Positions 1 to 11,104 of a stretch of 64,000 bases of DNA are shown here, piece after piece. Position numbers and translations under genes: made by a program. Under the pieces are notes generated by a model. The model ran no database searches. It was not told the DNA's origin and worked only from the letters and a program-made list of their open reading frames with translations. Source of the stretch: an uncultured Gemmatimonadales bacterium (GTDB taxonomy: Bacteria; Gemmatimonadota; Gemmatimonadetes; Gemmatimonadales; GWC2-71-9); assembly GCA_963821525.1 (NCBI GenBank), contig CAWGED010000010.1, positions 128,001 through 192,000 of the forward strand, written 5' to 3'. Position 1 is the first letter of the stretch. Each line of letters opens with the position of its first letter.

Positions 1-306
1 TTGATCGCCCGCTTCCACGCCTCATCCACATTCTCCTGATAGATGAAGAAGCTGACGGGGGTGCCGCCATAGGACTTGGGACCCTTGCCACCCATCTCCG
101 GCATCTCGTCGGCGAGCATGATGGGGGAATCGCCGATCCGGATTTCCGCGTGCATGATCTTTCCATCGGGACCTGGGAACCGCGATCACTTCTTCGGCAC
201 CAAGCGCGGTCTGGTAGAACTCAATAGCCTTCGCCGCATCGGCGACGAAGATGCTCGGGGTGACAGTGTGATAGCCCTTGGGAATGGCTTGTGCTTTCTG
301 TGGCAT
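1..306 (-). CDS. VOC/glyoxalase (PhnB-like) protein; frameshift near 186, runs off window
   Basis: MPQKAQAIPKGYHTVTP..AIEFY continues in another frame as RFPGPDGKIMHAEIRIGDSPIMLADE; AGGAG RBS upstream. Confidence 0.8.
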
Positions 307-419
307 GATCAATCTCCTGCTGATAAAAGGTGCATCGGCTCCTGCCGATAAATAGGGTGTCCCGCAATATTTGAAAGTCGCACCCGCACAGGCAACCCAT
401 GAATTTGTCTCGAATCCAA

Positions 420-550
420 GTCACTGAACGTCACAATTCGTCACTGCGTGATGTGACGCTGCCCACTGAGTTACCACTGCTTCAGTTGAGCGGATTCCAC
501 CCCATCGGCCCCTTAAAAAGCCGAACAAGTTCTGTAACGAGCCCGTCACA
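420..550. promoter_or_regulatory. Putative transcription-factor sites in divergent intergenic region
   Basis: GTCAC at 420, 430 and 440 (10-bp period); imperfect palindrome TGTAAC-N6-GTCACA at 533-550. Confidence 0.45.
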
Positions 551-718
551 TAAGCTCCGGAGCGGACGATTCGGTAGCTGACGGCCGCAAGGCCCGGCGA
601 TCTTGTCCTCCTCATGTGCCACTCGGCGTCGCACCCATGAAACGTAAGGGTCGGATTTCTTCGCAAGCGGAAGGGGCTGGCCTCGTGCTTCCTCCGAGAG
701 GATTGCTACTATTGGAGC

Positions 719-1135
719 ATGGGGACAGCTCGATCATACGCCGCGCTGCTTGCGACTGGCGTGGTCATCGGGCTCGGAGCGAGTGGCACTGCTTGCAGCG
801 AGTCCGAAGGTACGGCACCTACCGGTCCGGTGGCCGGGATCTATGCCGCGGACAAGATCGTCCGCCAGCAGGAGACGCTCGACGACGATCTCCAGGATCA
901 GGGCGCCCGGTTCAACCTCACCCTCAACTCCGACAGTACCCTCACCGGCCGAGTCGAACTGCCGGCCAACATCCGTGTCACCGGCGAATCGGATGCGGTG
1001 AATCAGGATCTCACGGGGACCTGGTCGCTGCACACGCGACGAGGTCCGGCTCCATCTCGACGAGCCGGTACTCGGCAACCAGCCAGTCTTTCGAGTTGGG
1101 GACGAAGGACTGGCTGGGACGCTCATCGTGCCTGA
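719..1135 (+). CDS. Putative lipoprotein, C-terminus probably truncated or chimeric
   Basis: Hydrophobic leader ending GTAC, beta-rich body to GTWSL, then implausible tail. Confidence 0.45.
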   Translation: MGTARSYAALLATGVVIGLGASGTACSESEGTAPTGPVAGIYAADKIVRQQETLDDDLQDQGARFNLTLNSDSTLTGRVELPANIRVTGESDAVNQDLTGTWSLHTRRGPAPSRRAGTRQPASLSSWGRRTGWDAHRA

Positions 1136-1399
1136 TCCGATCAACGGCGCCCTGTTCCTCAGCATCGGGCTGGTGAAAGTGGGGCCGTGACACCCTTATG
1201 AATCTCATCCCAATTCAACAGCGACTTCCGTTCGCAATTGCCCTGGTCTTCTTTATTCTCTCCTATGTGCGTCCGGAACATCGCACCGTCTGGTTCAGCA
1301 TCGGGTGCGCTTTTCTCGTGATCGGCCTGATCAGGAGCAAGAGGGCGCGCGAGTAGAGACGAGCGGACGTCGTACCCGTAACTGATCAATCGGACTCCA

Positions 1400-1879
1400 A
1401 TGGCCAAGGTCGCTGCCGGCCTGCTCCTCTTCCGCCGAGGAACGCAGGACCCCGAGGTATTGCTGGTCCACATGGGCGGCCCTTTCTGGGCACGCAAGGA
1501 CCTGGGCGCCTGGTCCATCCCCAAGGGCGAGGTGGTTCCGGGAGAAGAGCTGCTTGCTGGAGCACGGCGGGAGTTCCGCGAAGAGACCGGCCTGGATCCA
1601 GTCGGAACGCCGTTCGCACTCGGTCAGGTGAAACAATCGGGAGGCAAGGTGGTTCACGCCTGGGCGCTCGAGGGCGACTTCGATCCGGCGTCGCTCACGA
1701 GCAACACCTACTCGGTCGAATTCCCCAAGGGCTCCGGTCAGTTTCGCGATTATCCCGAGGTGGATCGCGCGGAGTGGTTCACCTTTGCCGAGGCGCGGAG
1801 GCGGCTCATAACTGCCCAGACCCCGCTATTGGACGTGCTGGAGGCGGCGCCGCAATTTCGTGCGGCGGTAGACCGGTGA
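1400..1879 (+). CDS. NUDIX hydrolase
   Basis: Nudix box GEVVPGEELLAGARREFREETG. Confidence 0.9.
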   Translation: MAKVAAGLLLFRRGTQDPEVLLVHMGGPFWARKDLGAWSIPKGEVVPGEELLAGARREFREETGLDPVGTPFALGQVKQSGGKVVHAWALEGDFDPASLTSNTYSVEFPKGSGQFRDYPEVDRAEWFTFAEARRRLITAQTPLLDVLEAAPQFRAAVDR

Positions 1880-1905
1880 CGACGGGAGGGCTGCGGTATG
1901 CCAGA

Positions 1906-2639
1906 TTACTTCGGTTTGGGCTGGCCCTTCTTGCCCAGGTAGATCCGGCCGGTGCCGGTGAGGGTGCGGCTGTGCACCGCGGTGCCTGAACCCGACTGGC
2001 TGATGTCGGTCAGTCCGTGGGTGTAGCGTGCGGCGATCGAGAGGAACTGAAGGCGATACTCGACGTCAAATGACACCCCGAAGTCGAGACCCGGGATCTG
2101 GTCCCCGATGTCCCGCTCCACGATGTAAGGCGTTCCCGCAGCAGTCTTCGATTCGTAACGGTCGTTGGCCCCCGTGATCAGCCCGAACGACGGCCCTGCC
2201 CCGATCCGAAATCCATCGTTCCGTTTGGGCGCCCATTTGAGCAGCACCGGAAACTCGATCAGGTGCATGCTCCGACTCATGGTGCCACCCTGAGTCTGGC
2301 TGTCGATCGCCGGGTCCCCGTGGGAACCGGATCGATGCCATCGGCTCCCCGTCCAGCGAACGGCAGAAATGCGCCGCCCAGATGGAAATGCTCCGAGAAC
2401 CGCCAGTCGGCAAAGAGACCGAAGACGGTCTTCGTCGTCCGCTCCGCCCCATCCAGCCCGTCCAGCGTCGCGAAATTGATCCCGACCTCGAACCCCATAT
2501 TGAAGGTCGGGGATGAAAGCTTCTCGCCCAGGAGATAGCCGATCAGCACCTGCGCGTGCAGCGCTTCGGTCGGGATGAGGAGGAGGGCGACGATAGCGAG
2601 GACTCGAAAATCGTCGACTGCCCGGCGAACGATGGCCAT
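1906..2639 (-). CDS. Outer-membrane beta-barrel (porin/PorT-like); frameshift near 2318
   Basis: ORFs 2277-2639 and 1906-2280 join if one G is added to a G4 run; signal peptide; IEFPVLLK and ARYTHGLTDI strands. Confidence 0.7.
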
Positions 2640-2650
2640 GACTGTCCGGC

Positions 2651-3688
2651 TCAGAGGTCCAGCCGGTAGACGGCGTTCAAGAGCACCGAAGTCCGTCCAA
2701 TGAAGCCAACCTCGGCCCGGATGGTCCACCGCTTGTTCAGGTCTATGTTCCCTCCGACGAGCATGTTCCAGGGGTCGGCGGGATCCTTCTTGAGCTGGTA
2801 ATTAATCGTCGTATTGCCGGGATTGGAGCTGAGCAACGCATTCACGACCTGGTCCACGACGACTTTCTGGGCCGGCGTCAGGTTCATGTACCAGGGTTGA
2901 TTCTGCACGTTCTCAAGCGCGGTCCGAATCTTGTCCACCGTTGCCGGCGGGATTGCCTCGCTCAATAACAGAGCGCCATTGGTCTCGCTCTTGAACTTCT
3001 GATTCATGGTGCCGACCCAGAAGGACGCTCGCTTGGGCCCGCCCAATTTCAAGGTCCGGCCGAGGCGCGCCGAAAAGACCCGGCCGAAGACTGGCTCGTC
3101 AAGCTTCTCGAAGTGGCTCCAGCTCCAGTTGATGTCCGCCGCGACGAAATTTTTCTTGAGCCCAAACGCACCAGTCAACCCGAACCCTCCATAGTTACCG
3201 GGCTGATCCACTTCACTCGTGAAGGAAATCGGAGTGGACACCTCCACCTTGGTGTTGGCCTGGGCCCGCCCGCCGAAACCGTAGACATTGAGAAAGGGCA
3301 ACACCCACAGGTCGACCCGCAGGTTGGAGGAGTAGACGGTAGATGTATTAGTACCGAAACCGATGAAATCGATCGGTGCGATCGGGTTGGATCCCGTACT
3401 CAGGCCCAGGTCCGTGATCTCGATGCCCTGGTTCATGTAGAGCCCGATCACGTTGAGACCCAGCGGCTTGGGAAGGTCAAAACCGCGCTCGACCGCCTTG
3501 CGGCCCCAGAGGGGGAAAATGTTGTGGTAATCCTTAAGGACGCTGTCCCGCTCTTCCTGGGTGAGCGCCAAATCGGGATTCTGCGCCGCCGCATTCCGAG
3601 GGGTAGCGATAGCAAAGACCGGCAGCAGCGCCGACAGACTCAAGGCGCGCAGCGTGCGACGACGATCTCTGGAAATACGGGTCGGCAT
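2651..3688 (-). CDS. Exported outer-membrane beta-barrel protein
   Basis: 345 aa, AAA-Q signal cleavage site, DLWVLPFLNVYG, terminal YRLDL strand. Confidence 0.7.
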   Translation of the reverse strand: MPTRISRDRRRTLRALSLSALLPVFAIATPRNAAAQNPDLALTQEERDSVLKDYHNIFPLWGRKAVERGFDLPKPLGLNVIGLYMNQGIEITDLGLSTGSNPIAPIDFIGFGTNTSTVYSSNLRVDLWVLPFLNVYGFGGRAQANTKVEVSTPISFTSEVDQPGNYGGFGLTGAFGLKKNFVAADINWSWSHFEKLDEPVFGRVFSARLGRTLKLGGPKRASFWVGTMNQKFKSETNGALLLSEAIPPATVDKIRTALENVQNQPWYMNLTPAQKVVVDQVVNALLSSNPGNTTINYQLKKDPADPWNMLVGGNIDLNKRWTIRAEVGFIGRTSVLLNAVYRLDL

Positions 3689-3916
3689 CCGACCTCACAG
3701 TCGGCTGGGAGTTCGCAAGATATTTGCTTGCTTAGCTTGGTACTACCAATGAAGGCCGATTTGGTTCGGTCGCTCGTACCTTTCAGACTGATATGAAGCC
3801 GGTATTGGCACAGGACATAGGGTCGGGATCACAAAATACTTCAAACTTTTGGGCTGGTTAGCCCATCTCAGACCTCCGTCTCGGGGGAGTACACTGCAGC
3901 TGTCGGTGTTGACACA

Positions 3917-4248
3917 ATGACCTGGATCTTCCGGCAGCTTTTCGCCATCGCCGTCCTGCCATTCACCGTGGCGGTCATCATCCCGGTATGGCTCGCACGT
4001 CGAAACGCAATCGGCCCGGCACCGGGCCATACGTTGACCCAGGTCGCCTTACAGGCCTGCGGCGTCGCGATTCTAGGGCTCGGACTATTGCTGTTCTCCG
4101 CCAGTCTCAGGCGTTTCATAACGGAGGGTCGCGGCATGCCATGTGGGCGTTGATTTTCTTCGTGATCAACGCGATCTACATACCCCTGATTGAAGAGCCA
4201 CGGCTGGCCGAGCGGCCCGGCTGGCCATCGTGGCGATCTCGTCCTTAA
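3917..4248 (+). pseudogene. Isoprenylcysteine carboxylmethyltransferase-family remnant with internal deletion
   Basis: N-part ..LRRFITEGRG and C-part IYIPLIEEPRL present; central GPY/RNP motifs absent. Confidence 0.65.
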
Positions 4249-4258
4249 GGAGAATTCG

Positions 4259-4807
4259 ATGAAGCCAGTGCTTTGGGTGTTTGCTGGATTGAGCGCGCTG
4301 ACGGTCGCGGCGTGCCAGCCTCGGGTAAGCCGCGAGGCGGAGACGATGGCTCTCCTCGAACGCGATCGGGCCTGGGCCCGGGCCGCGGCGACAGGGAATG
4401 TGGACAGCATCGTCTCGTTCTGGACCGAGGATGCCCGTGTCCTCCTTCCTGACCAGCCGGCCTATGTCGGGACCGAGGCGATTCGAAAGATGGTCACCGC
4501 CAGTCTCGCCATTCCGGGATTTCAGATTTCCTGGACCCCGGAGAACGCGATCGTCTCGGCGAGTGGAGACCTGGCCTACACCTACGGGACTAATAGCGTC
4601 ACGGTACCCGACTCGGCTGGACACCCTGTCACGACCGAAGGGCGATACGTCGAGGTCTGGCGCAAAGGAAAGGACGGCGAGTGGCGGTGCAGTATCGATA
4701 TCAACAACACTGGGCCGGCGGTCAAACAGAACCTCTTGAGCAGCCGGACTCCTCCAATTCTTGTCCCGACTAGTCATGGTGGCCCATCCCTGATTCGCCT
4801 TGGCTGA
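4259..4807 (+). CDS. NTF2/SnoaL-like (DUF4440-type) lipoprotein
   Basis: VAAC lipobox; SGDLAYTYG, GRYVEVWRK..DGEWR. Confidence 0.85.
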   Translation: MKPVLWVFAGLSALTVAACQPRVSREAETMALLERDRAWARAAATGNVDSIVSFWTEDARVLLPDQPAYVGTEAIRKMVTASLAIPGFQISWTPENAIVSASGDLAYTYGTNSVTVPDSAGHPVTTEGRYVEVWRKGKDGEWRCSIDINNTGPAVKQNLLSSRTPPILVPTSHGGPSLIRLG

Positions 4808-4824
4808 TCGGAGCTGCAGCGATC

Positions 4825-5520
4825 TTGGCTGGTGCCATCGCGGCGGTCTCCGGCTTCGGCATCGGCAGCCTGCTCACGCCTCTCCTCGTGTTGGCGATGC
4901 CGACCGGGGAGGCCGTTGCAGTAGTTGCCATCCCTCACTTCATCGCAACCGGGCTCCGGCTCGCGGGACTCCGGAGGGACATCCATTGGCCAACCTTTCG
5001 GCAGTTCGGGATCGCCAGCGCGGCGGGCGGGCTGATCGGGGCCGCGCTGCAAGCCCGCCTCCGCAGTCCGGAGTTGTCCATGGTCCTGGGGGTTCTCCTG
5101 ATCATGGCTGGCGGGTCCGAACTGGCGCAACGCCGTCTCCCTCTTCCCACCACGCGGTTCTGGCGATTGCTCGGCGGAACGCTCTCGGGACTCTTCGGCG
5201 GAATGGTGGGAAATCAGGGCGGCATCCGCGCCGCCGCACTGCTCGGCTTCAATCTTTCGGCTCGTGAACTGGTTGCCACGTCGACGGCGTCCGCGATTCT
5301 GGTGGACGCCGCTCGACTGCCGATCTACCTGCTTACCGCAGGGTCGGCGATCGTCGCTGCCAAGGGGACCGTCGTGATCGCCACCATTGGCGTAGTCATT
5401 GGCACCCTGGTGGGCGTCCCCGCCCTTGGGCGAGTCCCGGCTTCGGCGTACCGGCGGGTGCTGGGAAGTTTGCTCATACTCTTGGGCTTGTGGTTATTGG
5501 CTGCTGCGGTGCGCCGATAG
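4825..5520 (+). CDS. Sulfite exporter TauE/SafE family (start uncertain)
   Basis: SGFGIGSLLTP and GLFGGMVGNQGG repeats; multiple TM helices. Confidence 0.85.
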   Translation: MAGAIAAVSGFGIGSLLTPLLVLAMPTGEAVAVVAIPHFIATGLRLAGLRRDIHWPTFRQFGIASAAGGLIGAALQARLRSPELSMVLGVLLIMAGGSELAQRRLPLPTTRFWRLLGGTLSGLFGGMVGNQGGIRAAALLGFNLSARELVATSTASAILVDAARLPIYLLTAGSAIVAAKGTVVIATIGVVIGTLVGVPALGRVPASAYRRVLGSLLILLGLWLLAAAVRR

Positions 5521-5589
5521 CGCTTCCTTCGGCCGTGGCGGTGACGCTTCGGCCCCCACAACTTGGTGGAATCAACCGAGGAGGGCCTG

Positions 5590-5772
5590 ATGCCCTTCAA
5601 GAGCAAAGCACAACGCCGAAAGTTTGCTGAACTTCTTGTCAAAGGTGAGATCTCACCCGAGACCTTCGAGGAATGGAACCGGGCAACGGGAAAGGCGAAG
5701 CTGCCGGAGCGGGTCCACGCGAAGCCGCGACCGAAGGCAAAACCCAAGCGCAAGACCAAACGCGCCAAATGA
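5590..5772 (+). CDS. Small basic conserved hypothetical protein
   Basis: MPFKSKAQRRKF..EEWNR..KLPERV; GAGGAGG RBS; ATGA overlap with next gene. Confidence 0.75.
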   Translation: MPFKSKAQRRKFAELLVKGEISPETFEEWNRATGKAKLPERVHAKPRPKAKPKRKTKRAK

Positions 5773-6785
5773 CTACCCTCCTGTTGTCACATCGCGAGGT
5801 GCACGCCTATCTCCCGATGGCCGAGTGCATCGAGGCGATGGAGGGCGCCTTCCGGTCGCTCACCGCCGGCAGGAGCCTGGTGCCGCTCCGCACCGTCATC
5901 CGGCTCCCGGACAGCCCGAACGCCTTTGCCGCGATGCCTGCGGTCGTGGGATCCGGCACCAACGCTCAGATCGCGGCCAAGATCATCACGGTCTTTCCCG
6001 GCAACGACGCGACGCCGTTCGATTCCCATATCGGCGTTGTCCTCCTCTTCGGCGCCGACCACGGCGAGCTGCTCGCGATCGCGGACGCGTCATCGATCAC
6101 CGCAATCCGGACCGCTGCGGTGTCGGGCCTCGCAACCCGGCTGCTGGCCCGCCCCGACTCCCAGCGCCTGGCGCTGCTCGGCGCCGGGACCTTGGCGATC
6201 CCCCACTTCGAGGCAGTGTGCGCGGTACGGCCGATCAAGGAGGTCAGAGTCTGGAGCCGGTCCCCCGCGAGGGCGCAGGAGTTCGCTCAGCGGGCGCAAG
6301 AGAAACGCGGGGTGAAGGTGACCGTTGCCCAATCCGCGCAGCAGGCGGTTGCCTCGGCCGACGTCGTATGTACCATCACCGCGTCGCGCACTCCTGTTCT
6401 CGAGGGAAGCTGGCTCGCGCCCGGCACCCACGTGAACGCAGTGGGCTCGTCACTGGCCAGCGCGCGAGAGCTCGATACCGAGGCGGTGCGCCGAGCCCGG
6501 CTGTTCGTTGATCTCCGGGAATCGGCGATGAACGAGGCGGGTGACTTCCTGATCCCAAGGAACGAGGGCGCCATTACCGACGATCACATCCTGGGTGAGC
6601 TGGGTGACCTGCTCGCCGGCCTGGTGGTGGGTCGTCAGAACGCTGGCGAGATCACCCTGTTCAAGTCCCTCGGGTTGGCAGTGGAAGACGTCGCGGCGAT
6701 CCGCCATGTCTACGAGAAAGCATTAGCCGCTGGTGCCGGCACTCGTGTTACGATCGGTGGCCTCCGTTCCCCCGACACGCTCTGA
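5769..6785 (+). CDS. Ornithine cyclodeaminase/mu-crystallin family
   Basis: ITAIRTAAVS, GAG Rossmann motif, GTHVNAVG, FKSLGLAVED. Confidence 0.92.
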   Translation: MTTLLLSHREVHAYLPMAECIEAMEGAFRSLTAGRSLVPLRTVIRLPDSPNAFAAMPAVVGSGTNAQIAAKIITVFPGNDATPFDSHIGVVLLFGADHGELLAIADASSITAIRTAAVSGLATRLLARPDSQRLALLGAGTLAIPHFEAVCAVRPIKEVRVWSRSPARAQEFAQRAQEKRGVKVTVAQSAQQAVASADVVCTITASRTPVLEGSWLAPGTHVNAVGSSLASARELDTEAVRRARLFVDLRESAMNEAGDFLIPRNEGAITDDHILGELGDLLAGLVVGRQNAGEITLFKSLGLAVEDVAAIRHVYEKALAAGAGTRVTIGGLRSPDTL

Positions 6786-6830
6786 GATCCGTGCGCTGAA
6801 CCCTCAGACCCCTGCAGTCCACTCCCCGCC

Positions 6831-7331
6831 TTGTGTGGGTGTTGTCCCCAGGTGCACCTTATCGGCCTCCTCTCGCCAGCTCCATGTCATCGAGGTGGTC
6901 ATGCCGCTCCGCCTCATCTTCGGGCTGCGTATCGGGCCCGCCTCGGGCCTGTTTCCGCATGGCCTTCCGCCCGGCAGAGCTTCGCATGGGAGGAAGGCTA
7001 CGCGGCTCTCGAGCGATCTATCGAAGCCACGATTGTCTATCTGACGGCGATGGACCGCGAGAGACTCATCGCGGTTCGCAGCGGTAACACCTCGCCACCC
7101 TCCAGCATTCTTCCTTATCTGGAGGACCGCCTGGGCGTCTGCGATGTCTACGGCAAGGAGCTACCCGATGGGACTCACGACCTCGTGATTCGGGCCAGCT
7201 TCCGGTTTCCCTACTGGCCGCTGGGCGAGTGGGTCGTATTTGACGGGGTGCAGTCTGGCTCCGGACAACAGCTGGCGGCGGTACACCGAGGAGGAGGTCT
7301 CGGAGGCCTGGTGACTATGCCCGTCTTCTGA
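6831..7331 (+). CDS. Hypothetical protein, possibly degenerate
   Basis: ORF fills the gap; no family motif. Confidence 0.3.
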   Translation: MCGCCPQVHLIGLLSPAPCHRGGHAAPPHLRAAYRARLGPVSAWPSARQSFAWEEGYAALERSIEATIVYLTAMDRERLIAVRSGNTSPPSSILPYLEDRLGVCDVYGKELPDGTHDLVIRASFRFPYWPLGEWVVFDGVQSGSGQQLAAVHRGGGLGGLVTMPVF

Positions 7332-7549
7332 GCACCAACCGACGCGTCGCTGGGATTGAAAACGCGAGCACGCCCCCCACCCCAAGGGGGGAAGATCGTA
7401 AAGCCGTATCAAGGGGAATAACCCACGAAACGCTGAACGACGCAGAAAACAACACCCCACGCTCCGATCAGGGTCGCCCGCCCTATTTCTGCATCACGTT
7501 CTCCTGTATCATGTCGGGTAGGCTACCCCGCTTGTGAGGCGCGACCGTC

Positions 7550-8092
7550 ATGCAATTCCATCTCGCACAGGCCACCTCGATTCTCGCCCGCACGCCGAAG
7601 ACTCTCGATGCGATCCTGGGCGACCTCCCTGACGAATGGAGCCGCGCCGTCGAAGGACCCGACACCTTCAGCCCGTTCGATGTCGTCGGTCATCTGATTG
7701 ATGGTGAGGAGACCGATTGGATACCCCGGGCCCGGATCATTCTCGCCCAGGGTCCCGAACCACGCTTCGAGCCCTACGACCGCTTCCGCCATCAGGCCCG
7801 CAACGTCGGCCGCACTCTCGAAAGTCTCCTGGCCGAGTTTGCCAAACTCCGCGCTGCCAATCTCGATCTGCTCTCTAGCTGGAAGTTGACCCCGGCAAGC
7901 CTGGACCTTCCCGGACTCCACCCGAGCCTGGGCCGGGTCACCCTCCGCCAGCTGCTGGCGAGCTGGGTAGTCCATGACCTCGGCCATCTGGCCCAGATCG
8001 AACGGGTGATGGCGAAACAGTATCGTGAGGAGGTCGGACCCTGGGTGCCGTTCATGCCGATCCTGACGGACCACGAGAGACCGAGGTCGTAG
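7550..8092 (+). CDS. DinB family protein
   Basis: FSPFDVVGHL, WVVHDLGHLAQI metal-binding His. Confidence 0.9.
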   Translation: MQFHLAQATSILARTPKTLDAILGDLPDEWSRAVEGPDTFSPFDVVGHLIDGEETDWIPRARIILAQGPEPRFEPYDRFRHQARNVGRTLESLLAEFAKLRAANLDLLSSWKLTPASLDLPGLHPSLGRVTLRQLLASWVVHDLGHLAQIERVMAKQYREEVGPWVPFMPILTDHERPRS

Positions 8093-8162
8093 CTCCGGCG
8101 TCGGGCGAACACCCATTGACCACTGAGACAGGAACGAAGCGAACTCGCGCGGGAGGTGAAAG

Positions 8163-9858
8163 GTGTCCAATGTCGTAGGCGTCCGCCGCATTCCAGTTCT
8201 CGAGTGGCTTCCGGCATACCAGAAGGAATGGCTGCGATTCGATTTGATCGCTGGCCTGATCACCGCCGCCGTCGTCATTCCGAAGGCGATGGCCTACGCG
8301 ACGATCGCGGGCTTGCCGGTGCAGGTGGGACTCTACACCGCGCTCGTGCCGATGGTGATCTACGCTGTGCTGGGAACCTCTCGCGTCCTCAGCGTCAGCA
8401 CGACGACGACCATAGCCATCCTGACGGGAGCCCAACTCGCCCTGATCGCCCCGGGCGGCGATCCCGCGACGTTGATCAGAATCACGGCGACCCTGACCCT
8501 TCTCGTGGGAGCCATCCTTCTCGTGGCTTCGGTGCTTCGGCTGGGGTTCGTCGCGAACTTCATCTCGGAACCGGTGCTGGTCGGCTTCAAGGCGGGGATC
8601 GGGCTGGTCATCGTGGTGGACCAGATCCCGAAACTCCTCGGCATCCACTTCGCGAAGGGCAGCTTTCTCCACAACCTGCTCGCCATCGCGCAGGCGGTCC
8701 CGGAAATCCAAATCCCGACACTCATCATCGGGGTCGCAACGATCGTCCTTCTGGTCGCGCTGGAACGCTTTGTCCCTAAAGTGCCAGCACCGCTGGTCGT
8801 GATGGCGTTGGGAATCGCAGCGATGAGTTTGTTCGGGTTGGAGGCACGAGGAGTAGAGTCGGTGGGCCTCATTCCACGGGGGCTTCCGTCGCTCATCAAG
8901 CCGGACCTTTCGCTGCTTGCCCAGTTGTGGCCTGGAGCTGCAGGCATCGCGCTCATGAGTTTCACCGAAACCATCGCGGCCGCGCGTGCCTTCTCCGCCC
9001 CCGGCGAACCCCTTCTCCGAGCGAACCAGGAATTGCTGGCCACGGGACTCTCTAATGCCGGCAGCGCCGTGTTCGGCGCCATGCCCTCGGGTGGTGGCAC
9101 CTCGCAGACCGCGGTGAACCGGCTGGCCGGCGGCCGCACCCAAGTCTCAGCGCTGGTCACCGCGGCGGCCTCGCTCCTCACGATGCTGCTGCTCGCCCCG
9201 CTCATCGGACTGCTGCCGCAGGCCACTCTCGCGGCCGTTGTCATTTTCTATTCGATCGGGTTGATCGACCCGGCTGCATTCCGCGAGATCCGCGAGGTCC
9301 GGCGCACCGAGTTCCGCTGGGCCCTGGCCGCCATGGTTGGTGTGGTAGTGCTGGGAACGCTGAAGGGGATCCTCGTTGCAATTGTCGTGTCGCTGGTGGC
9401 CCTGGCATATCAGGTGGCGGATCCGCCGGTCCGCATACTGGGGCGGAAGCGGGGCACCAATGTCTTCCGGCCCCTGTCGTCTGAAAACCCGGACGATGAA
9501 ACCTTTCCCGGTCTCCTTATGCTCCGACCGGAGGGTCGGGTCTTCTTCGCCAACGCCGAGCGCATTGGAGCCAAGCTGCGGCCATTCATGGACGAGGCGA
9601 AGCCCCGGGTGGTGGCGCTTGATCTAAGCGGCGTTCCGGATCTCGAGTACACCGCCCTCAAGATGCTGACCGAAGCCGAGAAACGAGAGCGCGCCCGCGG
9701 CGTTTCGGTGTGGCTGATCGGGCTCAACCCCGAAGTCCTCGCGATGGTCCAGCGGTCTTCGCTCGGCAAGGTACTGGGAACGCGAGCGAATGCACTTCAG
9801 TCTCGAGGTGGCGGTCGCCAAGTTCCTGGAGGCTTCAGGGAGGGAGGCGCCGGGGTGA
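8163..9858 (+). CDS. SulP anion transporter with STAS domain; apparent +1 frameshift near 9780
   Basis: AMAYATIAGLP..GLY, NQEL, STAS; removing one A gives LGRERMHFSLEVAV ending TGA 9856-9858. Confidence 0.88.
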
Positions 9859-10223
9859 CACAAGATTCGGGCATCACCGCCGTCGCTCACGTGATCCAGT
9901 TGTCGGTGGCACCGGTATTTCTCCTCTCGGGCATCGGCGCGATGCTCGCCGTCATGACCAACCGGTTGGCGCGAGTCATCGACCGGGCCAGGGCCCTCGA
10001 GGCGAAGGCGACCGCCGATCCCGCCGGGCCCCCACTCCTCGTTTGCGGAGTAATCGCGACTCTGTTCCTCGGCGCCTTCTTCGGCTTTGATGCGTCAGGC
10101 CCGGCGGCGCTGCTCTTTGTCACCGCGATGCTTGCATTCATGGCCGGTCTGCTGCTCTTTGTAAGAGAGGTGCTGCGCGCGACGGCCAATCTCCGAATTG
10201 GGCGGCATCCGACTCGCGAGTAG
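9855..10223 (+). pseudogene. DUF2721-like membrane protein with internal deletion
   Basis: IQLSVAPVFLLSGIG..TNRLARVIDRAR; middle helix appears missing; GTGA overlap with SulP stop. Confidence 0.65.
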
Positions 10224-10230
10224 AGGAATC

Positions 10231-10734
10231 GTGCCAGTCCAACTAACCCCCGACATGAGAGCCGTGATCCAGGCGGCTCACCTCTGTTTCGCGGCAACGG
10301 TCACCGCCGATGGCCGTCCCAATCTGTCCCCGAAGGGGACGATCCGGGTCTGGGATGATACCAGCCTGTTCTTCCTCGACATCGCCTCGCCCGGAACCCG
10401 GGCGAATCTGGCGGCACGGCCCTGGATGGAGTTGAATGTCGTGGATCAGCTTTCCCGTCGCGGGTATCGCTTCGCCGGGCCGGCAGCCCTGCATTCCCAG
10501 GGCGCCGTCTTCGATGAAGGGTGCCGGCGGATTTTTGGTGAGGAGGGGGCGACGTATCCGGTCGCCGGGGTCGTAGTGCTCCAGGTCGAGACCGCAGCAC
10601 CTCTGATCTCTCCCGGGTACATCCATGTAGCTGACGAGCCGGCGATGCGGGCGATGTGGCGAGATCGTCGGGCAGCCCTGGACCGGGAGTTCGAAGCCTT
10701 CATCGAGCGCCAAGGTCCCTTCCCCAGGCCCTAG
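10231..10734 (+). CDS. Pyridoxamine 5'-phosphate oxidase-like FMN-binding protein
   Basis: ATVTADGRPNLSPKG, RRGYRF. Confidence 0.85.
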   Translation: MPVQLTPDMRAVIQAAHLCFAATVTADGRPNLSPKGTIRVWDDTSLFFLDIASPGTRANLAARPWMELNVVDQLSRRGYRFAGPAALHSQGAVFDEGCRRIFGEEGATYPVAGVVVLQVETAAPLISPGYIHVADEPAMRAMWRDRRAALDREFEAFIERQGPFPRP

Positions 10735-10746
10735 TTCCGCTACAGC

Positions 10747-11088
10747 ATGAGCGATTCATTCCGGACCTATGTTCTCGAGCAACTGAGGCGAGTCAGGCCG
10801 GACGTTCGGCATCGCAGCATGTTTGGCGGGGTCGGCATCTATGCCGGCGATCTTTTCTTCGCGCTCATCGACGAAGACACGCTCTACTTCAAGGTGGATG
10901 ACTCGAATCGTTCCGCCTTTGAGGAGCGGGGGCTGGGTCCGTTCATGCCTTATGGACCTTCGGGCGAGGTTATGCAGTACTACGAGGTACCGGCTGACCT
11001 TCTCGAGGACCCTGAAGCATTGAGTTCCTGGGCCGAGCAGGCGATCGAGGTTGCCCGTAACAAACGCACCAGAAAGCGGCAGCGCTGA
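10747..11088 (+). CDS. TfoX/Sxy N-terminal domain protein
   Basis: RSMFGGVGIY..LYFKVD..YYEVP. Confidence 0.9.
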   Translation: MSDSFRTYVLEQLRRVRPDVRHRSMFGGVGIYAGDLFFALIDEDTLYFKVDDSNRSAFEERGLGPFMPYGPSGEVMQYYEVPADLLEDPEALSSWAEQAIEVARNKRTRKRQR

Positions 11089-11104
11089 TTGGAGGCTCTA
11101 TCTC

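Noticed and set aside
7335..7545. Structured ncRNA or riboswitch upstream of DinB
   Set aside because: Only short hairpins; no recognisable family.
8163..10223. 686-aa SulP-DUF2721 fusion
   Set aside because: Explained by one extra base near 9780; correcting it restores a stop overlapping the next GTG start.
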